DNA from: Octopus sinensis
Taxonomy: Eukaryota
Length of the DNA: 64,000 nucleotides
Direction: 5' to 3'
Assembly: GCF_006345805.1 (NCBI RefSeq)
Contig: NC_043000.1
Span: forward strand, 124,682,001-124,746,000
The position numbers were made by a program, and so were the translations under genes. Of this stretch, positions 1-12,462 are shown piece by piece; within the stretch, counting starts at the first letter, position 1, and the number at the start of each line of letters is the position of its first letter. Under the pieces are notes generated by a model, which worked only from the letters and a program-made list of their open reading frames with translations, did no database searches and was not told the DNA's origin.

Positions 1-218
1 GCATAAGGCCACAAATTTGGGTCAGGAAACAGTCAAATTCACTCGACCCCAGTACTTGATTGGTACTGATTTTATCGACCCTGAAAAGATAAAAGGCAAA
101 GCTAATCCTGGTGGGATATGAATTCTGAAGGTAGAGGAACGTAACTAAATACCGCAATGCAATTTATCGCTACTTTATCACTTTACTGATGCTGCCAATC
201 TAACTCAATCTCCACCTT
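1..218 (-). mobile_element. tRNA-derived SINE family B (Deu/Nin-like core), degenerate copy
   Basis: Matches the recurring motif CCCCAGTAC..CTGGTACT..TTTATCGACCC..AAAGGATGAAAGGCAAAG seen in more than 10 copies in the window. Confidence 0.7.
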
Positions 219-524
219 CACCAGTGCATATATTATCATATATTATATGAGCCAATAAAGGAGCTTTCAAGAGGTCATTTAACCTACTAGAAATAGAAGC
301 CAATTCATCATTAAATTATCTCCTATTGTTTTCGAAGAAATGCATTAAAAAATGTAGGCTTGCATGTACTATGCTCAAGGAAAAGACAGGTTGGTCATGA
401 ATAGAATGTCTGTGACTAGTGATTTGCTTGATTAAGATTGTCCTGGAGCTAAACAACAACATATATGCCGTAAATAGAGATTTTGATATATGGAATATTT
501 ACATACGTATGTATAGACAGATGC

Positions 525-775
525 AGTTTCGATTCCCAGACGGGTGTTGTGTGTTTATTGAGCAAAAAAACCCCAAGAGCTCCACGAGGCTCTGGCAGGG
601 GGTGGTGGCGACCCCTGTTATGCTCTTTCACCACAACTTTCTCTCACTCTCTCTTCCTGTTTCTTGAGTAATGCTGCGATGGACTGGTGTCCCGTCCCGC
701 TGGTGGGGACACATACGCCACAGAAATCGGGAAACCGGGCCCATGAGCCTGGCTAGGCTTGAAAAGGGTGACGTT
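525..775 (+). mobile_element. tRNA-derived SINE family C, 5'-truncated
   Basis: B-box-like GTTTCGATTCCC followed by a body shared with 13640-13936, 29618-29955 and 63226-63589. Confidence 0.75.
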
Positions 776-1136
776 TACATATACACAGGTATTAATTTCA
801 TCAGGGGTTAGGGATTTCTATAATCGATAAATTGACCCCAGTGCATTATTGGTATATAAACGTTGTTCTTCTTTGTACTTCTTTATATTCTTCCCGGTTC
901 CATTTAGTTCTTTTACATTTTTGATTTTGTGGTCATTGTGGTGGTGATCTTTGGGGGTTTAATTTGGGACAAATCTTGTTTAAGTGACCTTCCAGGTTTG
1001 TATTTTTTAAATACATATTTTACCTGTGAATTTGCGTGTGTAATCTGGGAATGCATACAATGAGCTTCTCTGCCCTAGGTGTATGGAAAATACTCAGCAA
1101 GAAATGGAAGAAAATTTGAAGAAAGAAGAAAAAAAA

Positions 1137-1170
<34 letters not shown>

Positions 1171-1197
1171 TAATAATAATAATAATAATAATGCGAT

Positions 1198-1500
1198 AAG
1201 GAAGAAAGAAAAGCCGAAAGATATGACAGATTAGCTTGGGAGGTTAAACAGTTGTGGTCAAGGGGAATGGTGGTAGTAGTACCAATAATTGCCAGAGCCC
1301 TGGGAAGAGTGAGTTAAAAATCTTGAGAAGTACATGGAACAAATAGGAGCTGTAATAAGGGTGGAGCACTTACAGAAAACAGCACTGCTTGGAACTGCTC
1401 GAATACTCTGGATGGAGCTTGAAAAATAAGGGGTGTCGCTGGTAGTAAACAACTGGCACCATAGAACATCTCCAGCATTAGAAGCTGTGCAAAGACAATA
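1198..1500 (+). mobile_element. R4/Dong-clade non-LTR retrotransposon 3' end (REL endonuclease C-terminus)
   Basis: Translation YDRLAWEVKQLW..VVVVPII.RALG..EKYMEQIGAVIRVEHLQKTALLGTARIL; sits between (AAT)n and (GAT)n tracts. Confidence 0.75.
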
Positions 1501-1504
1501 ATAA

Positions 1505-1537
<33 letters not shown>

Positions 1538-1551
1538 TTGATGATAATAAT

Positions 1552-2112
1552 AAATGCCCTGATGTAGTATCAGACAGTGGCTCTCATGGCTTCTGATCTT
1601 AACTGATTGGAAGTGTTATCATGTACATTGTTTTGACTTGGTATAAAAGATGGGCTACAGCAAATATTCTGCTCAATATCACAGATTAGCTTGTCAGTTG
1701 TTTGACCTTAACCAGTTGACCATGTCCACTAGTGGCTGATGATATGTGCATCTCTGACCACGAGCAGAAGTAGTGGAGAATCATCATAGCTATGTGTTGA
1801 GAGGGATTCTTTGGGGTTTGAATAATTCACCTCTGGAAACATGGGTGTTTTGTTCAACATCCTTAAATAACCCTTGTTCAAGGAGCTTTTGAGCAGGATG
1901 GGTTACTCAACCAGAAGAAAATTCTAACTGGACCCCACCTGCAAAGTCATATGCTGTTTATCTTGATATGAGATCACCATGTCGTGCACACATGGTTGTG
2001 ATGCATATGCCTCGAGTACCCTTATCAGACGGGTAGTCATGATGGATATACTGGGCTTCGTATATTTTACTCCAGTGTCACTTTGATGGCATGCACTGCT
2101 CTCTCACTCAAT
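1552..2112 (+). mobile_element. Unclassified ~560 bp interspersed repeat with (TAC/TAA)n tail
   Basis: Reverse-complement copy at ~27424-27770; ends CTCTCTCACTCAAT plus a trinucleotide tail. Confidence 0.7.
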
Positions 2113-2141
2113 ACTACTACTACTACTACTAATAATAATAA

Positions 2142-2361
2142 TCGTTTCTGCTATAGGCACAAGGCCTGAAATCTGGGGGGGGGGGAATAGTCGATTGCAT
2201 CGACCCCAGTACTCAACTGGTACTTAATTTATTGACCCCGCCACCCAAGAGGATAAAAGGCAAAGTCAACCTCAGCGGAATTTGAACTCATAGCAGTGTT
2301 AGACAAAATACCACTTAGCATTTCAACCAGTGTGCTAATGATTCTGTCAGCTCACCACCTT
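2142..2361 (-). mobile_element. SINE family B
   Basis: B box GAGTTCAAATTCC on the minus strand; head abuts (TAA)n. Confidence 0.8.
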
Positions 2362-2454
2362 AATAATAATAATTTATAATAATAATAATAATAATATAAT
2401 AATAATGATAATGATGATGATGATAATAATAATAATAATAATAATAATAATATA

Positions 2455-2507
<53 letters not shown>

Positions 2508-2525
2508 TGATGATGATAATGATAA
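2362..2525. repeat. (AAT/GAT)n microsatellite
   Basis: Direct. Confidence 0.95.
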
Positions 2526-2725
2526 TAAGGAAGATTGAAGTAGAATGCCTGGTAGAGCTCCACAGAAAGTTTGTCTCTTAGGGGACAGTAAAGATTATCA
2601 GGAGGGTCCTAAGCAATTGAAAGACTGCTGAAAACTTGTGGATTCCTAATGCTACAGGTAGTAACCCGCTATCCACATAATCCCTACCAGGAATAAGACT
2701 GAACCTGAGATAAACCAAAATAATT
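2526..2725 (+). mobile_element. R4/Dong-like 3' end fragment
   Basis: GTVKIIRRVLSN* resembles the R4/Dong terminal LLGT.KI.R.VL motif; starts inside (AAT)n. Confidence 0.55.
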
Positions 2726-2959
2726 ATAATAAAGCTTAGATATATGGTTTATGATGCACATTTTGACATACATTGTATACAGAAATTATTGCTTTATTTA
2801 ATTTACTACAGGTGTTGTTCTGAAGATAATGCAAAAATGGGAATGACTTCTTTTATTAACTAATGTCATTCAAACTGCACATGTTGGTAGAATAACAGCT
2901 CTATTATAATAACTCTCCTACGTATTCTTCATATTACATGCAAATAATGGGCTCCAAGC

Positions 2960-3400
2960 AGAAACAACATGTAACGCTGAATGGTTGACAAAGGAAGGTG
3001 TAAGCTGTCCAATAACTGCAGAAATTTACAAGTTGCTTATGGAGATAATACTGTTGAAAGAGGAAAGCCCACAAATAGATGAAGAAATTTAAAGAAGGGG
3101 AAACTAGCATTGATGACAAACTGTGCAGTAGGAGACCATCAGCTGCAGTCACTGACATAAATTGCCAGTGAATGGCGGAGTTGATTCACATGGACAGATG
3201 ACACATAGTAAGCAAGCCTTGAGCTTACTGCACGGCTGTATTATGGTCACAATACATTACAAAAGGTTGGAGAAGACTTTGAGTATCATGAAGTGTGTGC
3301 AAAGTGAGTACTTTGGCAGTTGACACTTGATCTGAAGGAGAGGGTGGAAGTCTGTTCTGATGCGCTCGAAGCATTTGAAGCCAATGTCACTTTGATCATC
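2960..3400 (+). mobile_element. Mariner transposase N-terminal remnant
   Basis: YGDNTV.., ETSIDDKLCSRRPSAAVTD and EVCAK*VLWQLTLDLKERVEVC (the WVPxxL motif region), with stops and frameshifts. Confidence 0.75.
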
Positions 3401-3402
3401 AA

Positions 3403-3473
<71 letters not shown>

Positions 3474-3504
3474 CCACCACCACCACCATGGAAAGCGGAC
3501 GTTA

Positions 3505-3955
3505 AATGATGAAACGATGATATATAATTCTAGAGTGGCAGTCCTTGGTACAGTTGCTGCACACGAACATCGATGGGTGTTGCTGCAGTTGTCCTCCTCC
3601 TGTCCCGCCTGTCCAACCACAGCTGTGCTCTCCTCTCCTCAGCCATGGAAACGCCTTTCCTCACCGTCCAACGCCAGGCAGAGCGGTCAGCAGCTGTTTC
3701 CTCCCACATGTCCACACAGATGTTGGCAGTCCTCAGGTCGCGCTTGCACACGTCCCTGTATCGTAGCTGTGGACGTCCCTTGGGTCGGGATCCCGTGGTG
3801 AGTTCGCTGTACAGGATGTCTTTAGGCATGCGACCGTCCTGCATGCGGCAGACGTGTCCGAGCCAGCGCAGTTGTCTCCGCACGAGGAGGGCATACATGC
3901 TTGGCATATTAGTCTGTTCCAGGATGACTCCGTTTGGCACTCGGTCCCTCCAGGA
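3505..3955 (-). mobile_element. RTE LINE ORF2 C-terminal fragment
   Basis: RRQLRWLGHVCRMQDGRMPKDILYSELTTGSRPKGRPQLRYRDVCKRDL. Confidence 0.9.
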
Positions 3956-3974
3956 ATATATACACACACATATA

Positions 3975-4195
3975 TGCCGGCTGACTGGCTCCGTGCCAGT
4001 GGAATGTAAAAAGCATCCACTACACTCATGGAGTGGTTGGTGTTAGGAAGGCCATCCAGCTATAGAAACCTTGTCAGATCAGATTGGAGCCTGGTGCAGC
4101 CTCCTGGCTTGCCAGCCTCAGTCAAACCGTCCAACCCATGCCAGCATGGAAAGCGGATGTTAAACAATGACGATGATGATGAAGATGATATATAT
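3975..4195 (+). mobile_element. 3' tail of the RTE family at 44685-46502, with (GAT)n tail
   Basis: GGAGTGGTTGG..TTAGGAAGG.CATCCAGCT..AGAAAC..CATGGAAAGCGGA.GTTAAA(GAT)n; further copies at ~8420, 12920, 16915, 29260, 32160, 34350(-), 35100, 49020(-) and 59460. Confidence 0.8.
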
Positions 4196-4496
4196 TTATG
4201 TACAGTGTGTAAGTGTGTCTGTGTGTTTTGTGTCTCCTTGTCTTGACATTATGGAATTGTCGTAAATGAATGTCATTCATTTCCAGTATTCTGTGAAAAC
4301 ATGTCTGACTATGGGTACATATTACCTTGTTTGGAAATAAGTAAAGATTGGTGACAAGAAAGGCATCTCCCTGTAGAAAATCTGTCTCAATAAACTCTGT
4401 CCAACCTATGCAAACATGGAAAAATGAATCTTAAAATGATGATGATGAAGTAATTTCCATTGAATAGATTTACTCTTTAGTATTTCTCTTTTTTTT

Positions 4497-4902
4497 TACT
4501 CTTTTACTTGCTTCAGTCATTTGACTGTGACCAAGCTGGAGTGCCACCTTTAGTCGAACAAATCGACCCCAGGACTTATTCTTTGTAAGCGTAGTACTTA
4601 TTGTATTGGTCTCTTTGGCTGAACTGCTAAGTTACGGGGATGTAAACACATCAACATCGGTTGTCAAGTGATGTTGGGTGGGGACAAACACAGACACACA
4701 AACATATACACACACTTACATCTATATATACATATATATGACAGGCTTCTTTCAGTTTCCATCTACCAAATCCACTCACAAGGCTTTGGTCAGCCCGAGG
4801 CTATAGTTGAAGACACTTGCCCAAGGTGCCACACAATGGGACTGAACCTGGAACCATGTGGTTGGTAAGCAAGCTACTTACCACACAGCCACTCCTATGC
4901 CT
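4497..4902 (-). mobile_element. tRNA-derived SINE family A (CORE-like body, internal TA/CA tract)
   Basis: Minus strand has A box TGGCTGTGTGG, B box GGTTCAGTCCC, CCTTGGGCAAGTGTCTT core and (AGTAAAAG)n tail. Confidence 0.9.
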
Positions 4903-5101
4903 ATTTCAAGATATTTTTATGTAATTTTGGTAAATATATCTGTTAAAGTTTGTCAAAGTAATTTTTCTGGAAACAAGCAAATGAAATAATCTATAATATA
5001 AGCAAGTATTGACTTTATTACTTGCTTTTCATGCAGCTGCCATCCCATGGCTTTTCTGCTCCACACTATTTATTCACTAAAACTCTCTGTATCGCTTTCA
5101 G

Positions 5102-5125
5102 CTTTCTTACACCTGCTAATAATTG
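5102..5125 (+). CDS. Candidate 24-nt micro-exon (xFLHLLII or FLTPANN)
   Basis: Unique sequence; pyrimidine tract ctctctgtatcgctttcAG, donor TTG|gtaaga, length a multiple of 3. Confidence 0.3.
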
Positions 5126-7227
5126 GTAAGAGTACTCTTTGTTGGTGAGTACTAATAAAACTAAGACAAGTCTATAGTTAACATTGTAGCATAAAAAATA
5201 ATCATATTGCATTCTATTTTAAATTATTTTTAATTAATTAAAATAGTGTGAGTTGTCTCTCTTGCCTTTCTTGAGCAGAATTAATCAGTAAACTAATTAA
5301 TCATTTTTTTTTCATCTGCACTACAGATTTAATTTTAATTAAAATAATATTTTTTTTGTTTACTCCATTTAATACATTAGCACCAGGTCCTTTGGTTACT
5401 TTCTCCTTTTGAAGAATATTTTGCAAATTTTAATTGTTATAATTGGATATTTACATTAGCTGTGTAGAACAAATGTGAAAGCATGTGGCCTAAAGGTTCA
5501 GCTATTGCACTCATGATTGCTAGATCGTGAGTTCGATTCTCTGACTAGGTATTGCATGGTGTTCTTGAGCAAAATACTTCATTTCACATTGCTCCAGCCC
5601 CACTTCAATCCGGAGTGGGGGGTAATGTTGGCCTGCTTGCCTAGCCAGCAGAGTGGCATTATTTGAAGGCTATACCAATGCAAAAACGCATTGTGACCAG
5701 CGATGTGTAACAGCATCTGGTAGCCTGGTCGGTCATGTGATCATGTGATTTAGAATAAGTAGACAATAAAACTGCTGATGATGCTGATGATGATGATAAT
5801 GATGATGATGGTGATGATGATGATGATGATGATGATGATCTGCACCCTGTATTACTGATTTCCTTTGCCAAAATAGGGATAACGGTGGCCCATCGGAGAA
5901 TTGAGCCCTGTGAGGAGGAGTGGATGCTGCAGTAAGTGTCACTGACCATTCTCTGCAGCAACACCATCATGGTCATTACTGCGGCTGAGCACCCCACTTG
6001 TTTTGGGATATGTGGCCCATCACTCCTCCCCCTCCATAATCTGCTGCTTTACTCCCCACCTTTTTCTTTATTTTCTTTGCCCCTTTTCTTTCTTTTCCTT
6101 TCTTATCTCCCTTCTTTTCTGTTTCTTTGTGTTTCTCTTATCTTTTTTATTATTTGTAAGACAGCCTCCAATTAACTGGATGTATACATAATACCGGACA
6201 GGACTCGAAATCAGAATCTTTATAATTATAAATACTATCAAAGCCAATTTAGCAATATCAATTCCGAGTTCAAATCAAATCCTGTACTATGTACACAATT
6301 ACTGAATAAGACACCTAATGATAAATGGCAGATCAAAGAGAGTTAAATGATCAAAAAGATTAAGATGTAGATATAAATATTAGAAGACTTTTCATCTTTG
6401 CAGATGAAAGTAACACTTGGAAAAATTATAATTAGATTCTTTTATGTTGCTAATGCCTTTAAGAAAGGAAGAGAAATCCCAATTCTTGTTTATCATTCTC
6501 TTAAATATCTTATATTTCACACTGACATATAATGAAGATATTGCTCCAGCATGGTCTTTGTTTTAATGGTTGTATCAAACTAGACAACTATACCTTCCAA
6601 GAATAGGTGTCAGGTAACCACATCAGTGTCTCCTTTCTAGTTCTGCATTATAGAATCTATTTATAGGAAGTGTGTAAATGCTTTTAAAAAAAAATCAATC
6701 ATCTTCTCTGCTCCTGTGTCAATTAAATGCCAGAATATGTTATTCTTTAAGAACATTTAATGGTAATTATTATGTCTGCAATAATGTTGCTTAGAGAAAT
6801 ATCGGAATGATTTGTCAGATATAGATTTGAATTCAGACAAACATGTTTCCACTCCTGTTTACTTGGTGACAGAAATGAGAAATAAGACCAGTGAGAAGAC
6901 GATGCAGTTGTAGATTGATGAAGTAACTGGAAATTCACATCTAGCTTAATGATTTACAATGCTGAAAACAGCCTCATCATTATATTACCTTTTACACATG
7001 ATTTTCCATGCTGCTGTGGATTAGAATGGCTTGTACCAACAGGACATCTTATCACTTGTTATAATTTTTTTTCACACCTTTTGTGAGGTCTAGTTTGTCT
7101 AGTTTCCTGAGATCAGCCTTCAAAATTTCTCTCCACATCTTTCGTCTTCCCTTTTTGCAGGCTTCAGTCAACTTTGGCCTTGTGATACTTCTTACTCAAA
7201 AATCAAATTTTACATCACATGTTAGAT

Positions 7228-7561
7228 AGGGGGGTCTCTGAAAGGGGTCTCAGGGAGTAGCGTCCCTGCCTTCCTGAGCTAGTTTTCAACCACATTTCTT
7301 AAAAATCGTGGTAGAGGCCTTGGTCTTTGGACCACTCATGTCTAGAAACTGAGGTTGTGGGTAAGCAAGGGCATGCTCCCTGTAGAAAATCCATCTCCAA
7401 AAAAGCCTCATGGTAGCAAAGGAGAATGTGCACCAGCCAGCTCAAAGGTTGGTGTGGGCTGCACCTGCCTACCTCAGATGCTATGGCATTGAGATATATC
7501 CGGCTACCCCTGTTAACGGGGACAAAACCCGGATTTAAAACACTGGATGATGATGATGACA
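7228..7561 (+). mobile_element. Unclassified SINE/LINE-tail repeat ending in a hairpin and (GAT)n
   Basis: GC-richer island with terminal CCCCTGTTAACGGGG stem-loop and (GAT)n tail. Confidence 0.5.
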
Positions 7562-7814
7562 TTACATATTACAGCAGATTCTTTTGATGCTTGTGTTTGC
7601 CCTCAGACCATCTGCATTTTCCCATTCAAACATGTTAACATAATACAATGTAATTCATAATGAATAGTACAAAAGGAAAACATACCTGTGAGTGCTTTAA
7701 TGAGTATATTGCAACAATACAGATGTAACATGAAAGGTTAACTTTCCAGGTTTTGTTTGGCAACACAGTTATCTTGCCTTTTCTGAATTGCTCACTAGGG
7801 GTGCTGTTATTCAG

Positions 7815-8005
7815 TATGGCAGCATCAGTGAGAGAGCATATTGTGTACTTGAATATGCAAAAGCTTTATCAGTAGCCACTGTCCAGAGATATTTTCATGC
7901 CAGCTTTGACAAGGAAGCACCCTATTGTTACAACACCACAAAGTGGATGAAACAATTTGAGGAGATAGGCTGCTTAAGCAAGGGAAAAGCACAAGATGGT
8001 CATCC
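7815..8005 (+). mobile_element. DUF4817-like HTH of a Tc1/mariner transposase, remnant
   Basis: ERAYCVLEYAKALSVATVQRYF..TKWMKQFEEIGCLSKGK. Confidence 0.75.
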
Positions 8006-8941
8006 AGTGGATCATGCCATTTAATTTCATTCAAGCCTTCAATGTCCATGTTTTGCTACCATTTGATATTACACTTTGTACACAAGTGTCACATAATCTG
8101 GTCTCCATTCAAAGAAAAACAGAAACAAAAATCAACAGAGTTGATAATTCTCTGAACATTACAAACTTTGTCCTTACTCTGGCCATAATGTTTTCACAAC
8201 ACTTATCTCCACTGCTGATTAGAACAACCAACAAAAGCTATCAACTGCTTATAGGAGACACCTGGGCTCACCAGGAGCTGCTGATAGCTTCTGAAAGATT
8301 TAATTTCAAGAGTGCTGTTATGAGTTTGTGACTCTTTATGTGCCTCTGTTACATATGAAATCTTCTTTCCTTTACATTGGATACACAGAATACTGTTCCT
8401 ACATATTCATTTCCTTGTACTGCCTGACTGGACCTCGTGCCGGTGGCACGTAAAAGCACCCCATTCACTCTCGGAGTGGTTGGCGTTAGGAAGGGCATCT
8501 AGCTGTAGAAACTCTGCCAGATCAGATTGGAGTCTGGTGCAGCCATCTGGTCAGCCAGACCTCAGTCAAATCTTCCAACCCATGCTAGCTTGGAAAACGG
8601 ACGTTAAACGATGATGATGATGATGAACATGAGCACTTCTCTGATAACCAACTAAAACTTATGCCCTGGTTAGGTTGGCTTTTAAGCCTTGCAGGGCTTA
8701 TCCTCTAATTCTTCCACTGATTCAACAACAAGGACTAAGCTCTGATATATATTCAGTTGGTCATTAAAAGGCCGCTATTATTGTTATTTGGCCCCAGATC
8801 AGCCCTGATTAAACTGTTTGATATGTCCTTTTTTTTTATTATAAGATAGCATTGATTCTACTGTTCAATATTTTTGAGATGAGGAATTCTGTACATTATT
8901 TACATTAGATGGACATGTGTCCTCATTTTATTTGTTGTTAC

Positions 8942-8984
8942 CACAATGTTTTGGTTGATTTACTCTCCAACCTTCATCAGGTGT
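8942..8984 (-). ncRNA. Minimal type-I hammerhead-like motif, family 1, degenerate
   Basis: CAC-CTGATGA-A-GGTTG..CAACC-(a)AAAC-(a)TT-GTG; G12 and G16.2 replaced by A at former CpG sites. Confidence 0.7.
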
Positions 8985-9042
8985 CCTGAAAGGATTTTGA
9001 ACCCAACCCTGGGTTCTCATTGCTAAGGTATTTTTTTGCTGA

Positions 9043-9079
<37 letters not shown>

Positions 9080-9391
9080 TATTCAAGGCGCTGCCTAGAA
9101 TAGCCCGTGCTCTTAAACATTATGCTATATGCTCATGGGCTGAGGCAAAGTTGTCTTCTATTTGCATGACACTTCTATAATTAAAGTCTCAATTAAGCAA
9201 TATTTAAGCCATTAACAAGCATCCAAAGGCAGATCCACGCCCTTGTTTTCATTGTAAGTAATTCCTAATTAAATCTATTCACCTGAGTATTTTCACCTGG
9301 CTACAATGTCTGAGATTTTATTAATTTTATGGACTCAAAGCTCCCTTTATTTTCTTAATCTAAATTTAATTTTTAACCCTTTTGTTGTTAC

Positions 9392-9434
9392 CACAATGTT
9401 TTGGTTGATTTACTCTCTAACCTTCATCAGGTGT
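9392..9434 (-). ncRNA. Hammerhead-like motif, family 1, duplicate
   Basis: Same as 8942-8984 with one extra stem II mismatch. Confidence 0.65.
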
Positions 9435-11622
9435 CCTGAAAGGATTTTGAACCCAACCCTGGGTTCTCATTGCTAAGGTATTTTTTTGCTGATGTTATTA
9501 TTATTATTATTATTATTAATTCAAGGTGCTGCCTAGAATAGCCCGTGCTCTTAAACATTATGCTACATGCTCATGGGCTGAGGCAAAGTTGTCTTCTATT
9601 TGCATGACACTTCTATAATTAAAGTCTCAATTAAGCAATATTTAAGCCATTAACAAGCATCCAAAGGCAGATCCACGCCCTTGTTTTCATTGTAAGTAAT
9701 TCCTAATTAAATCTATTCACCTGAGTATTTTCACCTGGCTACAATGTCTGAGATTTTATTAATTTTATGGACTCAAAGCTCCCTTTATTTTCTTAATCTA
9801 AATTTAATTTTTAACCCTTTTGTTACCACATTTATGTTGAAATACAATACTTTTATCCCAATTCATTTTGAAAATAATGAAAAATTTAGTAAAAAACTTT
9901 GTCATAATAAACAAGGTGTCTGGAACATAAATTAACATGAAATTGTGATGAAAGGTTTTAATTTAGTTCCTTTAGAAAATAATGCTTGTATCATAGAACC
10001 AAAGGACTGTCTCAGGTGGGTTGGTATCAAGAGAATCAAATATAGCTGCTTTTACAGCAATTTAAAATTAATTTTCTACGTATAAGATTTGCATTTATAA
10101 ATGATTATTTTAATTAATTAAAGCAGTAATCAATATTTAATAAAATTAATATTTTAAATCTCAGAAATTACCACCTGTATTAACATTTACAATCTTTAAC
10201 ATAGCAAAGTGACCACCAATAAACTTCACTAAGAAAATCTGGTATGAATTTACTGCCCTTTAAGAACAAAAAAACAAAATAATACTAATTTAGTTGATTA
10301 TTCGGTGAACCATAGAACATTCAGTCATGGATCACTAGAGGTCCAAGAGCCATTAGCTAAGAGCCATTGTTTTAGACAGATTTAATGAAAACAAAATGGT
10401 TCCCCAAGGAATCAGTCAGAATGTCAACCTGCTAGAAATAGCTGCTGGCTCCCTCAAATCACACTCTCTCACTGTTGTCGTCGTCATCATCATCATTGTT
10501 GTCATTGTTATCACCACTGTCATCGTCACTGTCATCATTGTCATTGTCATCATCATCACCATCACTATCACCACTCCTGGGGTCGATCTACTCGACTGGC
10601 CCCTCTCCCAAAATTTCGAGCCTTGTGCCTAGAGTAGAAAAGATTTTGTAATTTGTCAACTTTGCTTTTCATCCTTTCGGGGCCAATAAATTAAGTACCA
10701 GTTGCATACTGGGGTCGATCTAATTGACTAGCCCCCTCCACCAAAATTTCAGGCCTTGTGCATAGAGTAGAAAAGAATACATATTTACTAGTTATGTACT
10801 GGGGTTGATTCTATAGACTACACATCTGTTGTGCAAATTTCTCTATGTGTCTCAATGTGGTAAATCCTTGCTTATAATGGCTTATTTATTCCAATAAATA
10901 TGAAGAAAATGTCACTTGGCTTGAATATTGTTCTTTGATTTGAATTTTAGTCGATGTGACATATTGTTGCAGATTATAGTTTCAGCCTATGAGAGATAAT
11001 CTATCATCGAACTTCAAAGATGTTCCTTGGGGATAATATTCTGATATATAAATACAGGAGTAAATAGATTAGATATTGAAATATTGATTTATTTTGATTA
11101 AGCAGACACAGAGCCAAACTTTATAAAAGAGCGGGTATGATCAGCTAAATTGTTGTCAGTATTATTGATATTGGTACATATTTTATTGACCACAGAGGGA
11201 TGAAAGGTGAAGTTAACTCTTGTGGGATTTGAACTCAGAACCAAGAAAGACAGAATTGATTACTGTAAGGCATTTTGAGTTGTACTACTCCATTATAACT
11301 ATTAATTCATCCATTTATTTGAATAACAATCAAACAAATGATGCTGGAGGTGGTTTATCAGAATTGGTAGAGAACTAGAAAATAAATGAACAAACTTGAA
11401 GTATTTAGTTATACAGTAATCCTTTGTCAATCACAGGTGTTACGTTCCAAAAGTCCGCATGATAGGTGAAAATCCATGATGTAGAAACAATACTGTACTG
11501 TATATTTTTTCCTATTATTTTTATAATTTGTATATATTTATGTATATACAATATGTGTGATTCTTTGTTTACACATCTATGGTACACTACGTATTTGTTT
11601 TTGATATATTTTAGTTAATGTA

Positions 11623-12017
11623 GGCGTAGGATTGGCTGTGTGGTAAGTAGCTTGCTTACGAACCACATGGTTCCGGGTTAAGTCCCACTGCGTGGCACAT
11701 GGGCAAGTGTCTTCTACTATAGCCTTGGGCTGATCAAAGCCTTGTGAGTGGATTTGGTAGACTGAAACTGAAAGAAGCCCGTCATATATATGTATATATA
11801 TATATGTATGTGTGTCTGTGTTTGTCACCCCACCATCGCTTGACAATCGATGCTGGTGTGTTTATGTCTGCGTAACTTAGCGGTTCGGCAAAAGAGACTG
11901 ATAGAATAAGTACTAGGCTTACAAAGAATAAGTCCTGGGGTCAAGTTGCTTGACTAAAGGCGGTGCTCAAGCATGGCCACAGTCAAATGACTGAAACAAA
12001 TAAAAGAGTAAACGAGT
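11623..12017 (+). mobile_element. SINE family A, full length
   Basis: A and B boxes, core, tail. Confidence 0.9.
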
Positions 12018-12426
12018 AATACAGTGCAGAACTGTACTGTATTTTTATTCATTAATTTACTAATATTAGGCATGGAAATGCTTATTTTACCACGGAAATA
12101 ATTAAAATCTGAAAAAATAAAAATACCTATTGGCTGCAGAAACCTACAATATACTGAGGAGTCTGCGATATAAATTTACATATATTAGCCAGAAAAATCT
12201 GTGATGTACTGAGGTCGTGATATGGTGAGTGATTACAGTATTCCTTTAAATTTCAAGTTCAAATCTCACTATGGTCAACTTTTGCTAGTCCTCATTCTGG
12301 GTCCAGTTTGGAATTATGGATGCAGGGATGGATGTGTGGTTAAAAAGCTTGCTTCCTGACCATGTTGCTTTGGGTTCAGTCCCACTACACTTTCTTTATT
12401 TTCTCTCCCTGTTTCTTTCTGTGTTC

Positions 12427-12462
12427 CTTTCTGTCGAAGAGCATAGGCTCGAAATGTTAAAG
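12427..12462 (+). ncRNA. Hammerhead-like motif, family 2 (CUGUCGA core)
   Basis: CTTT-CTGTCGA-A-GAGC-ATAG-GCTC-GAAA-T-GTT-AAAG inside the ~180 bp repeat 12370-12550. Confidence 0.65.

Larger units (their letters stand above)
8931..9830. repeat. Tandem direct duplication, two units of ~450 and ~438 bp
   Basis: 8931-9380 and 9381-9818 are near-identical apart from (ATT)n length; GTTACCACA recurs at the boundaries. Confidence 0.95.

Noticed and set aside
11106-11134. Candidate 29-nt exon (TEPNFIKER), phase-compatible with its neighbours
   Set aside because: The sequence aligns with the degenerate tail of an adjacent SINE B, so the splice signals may be fortuitous.
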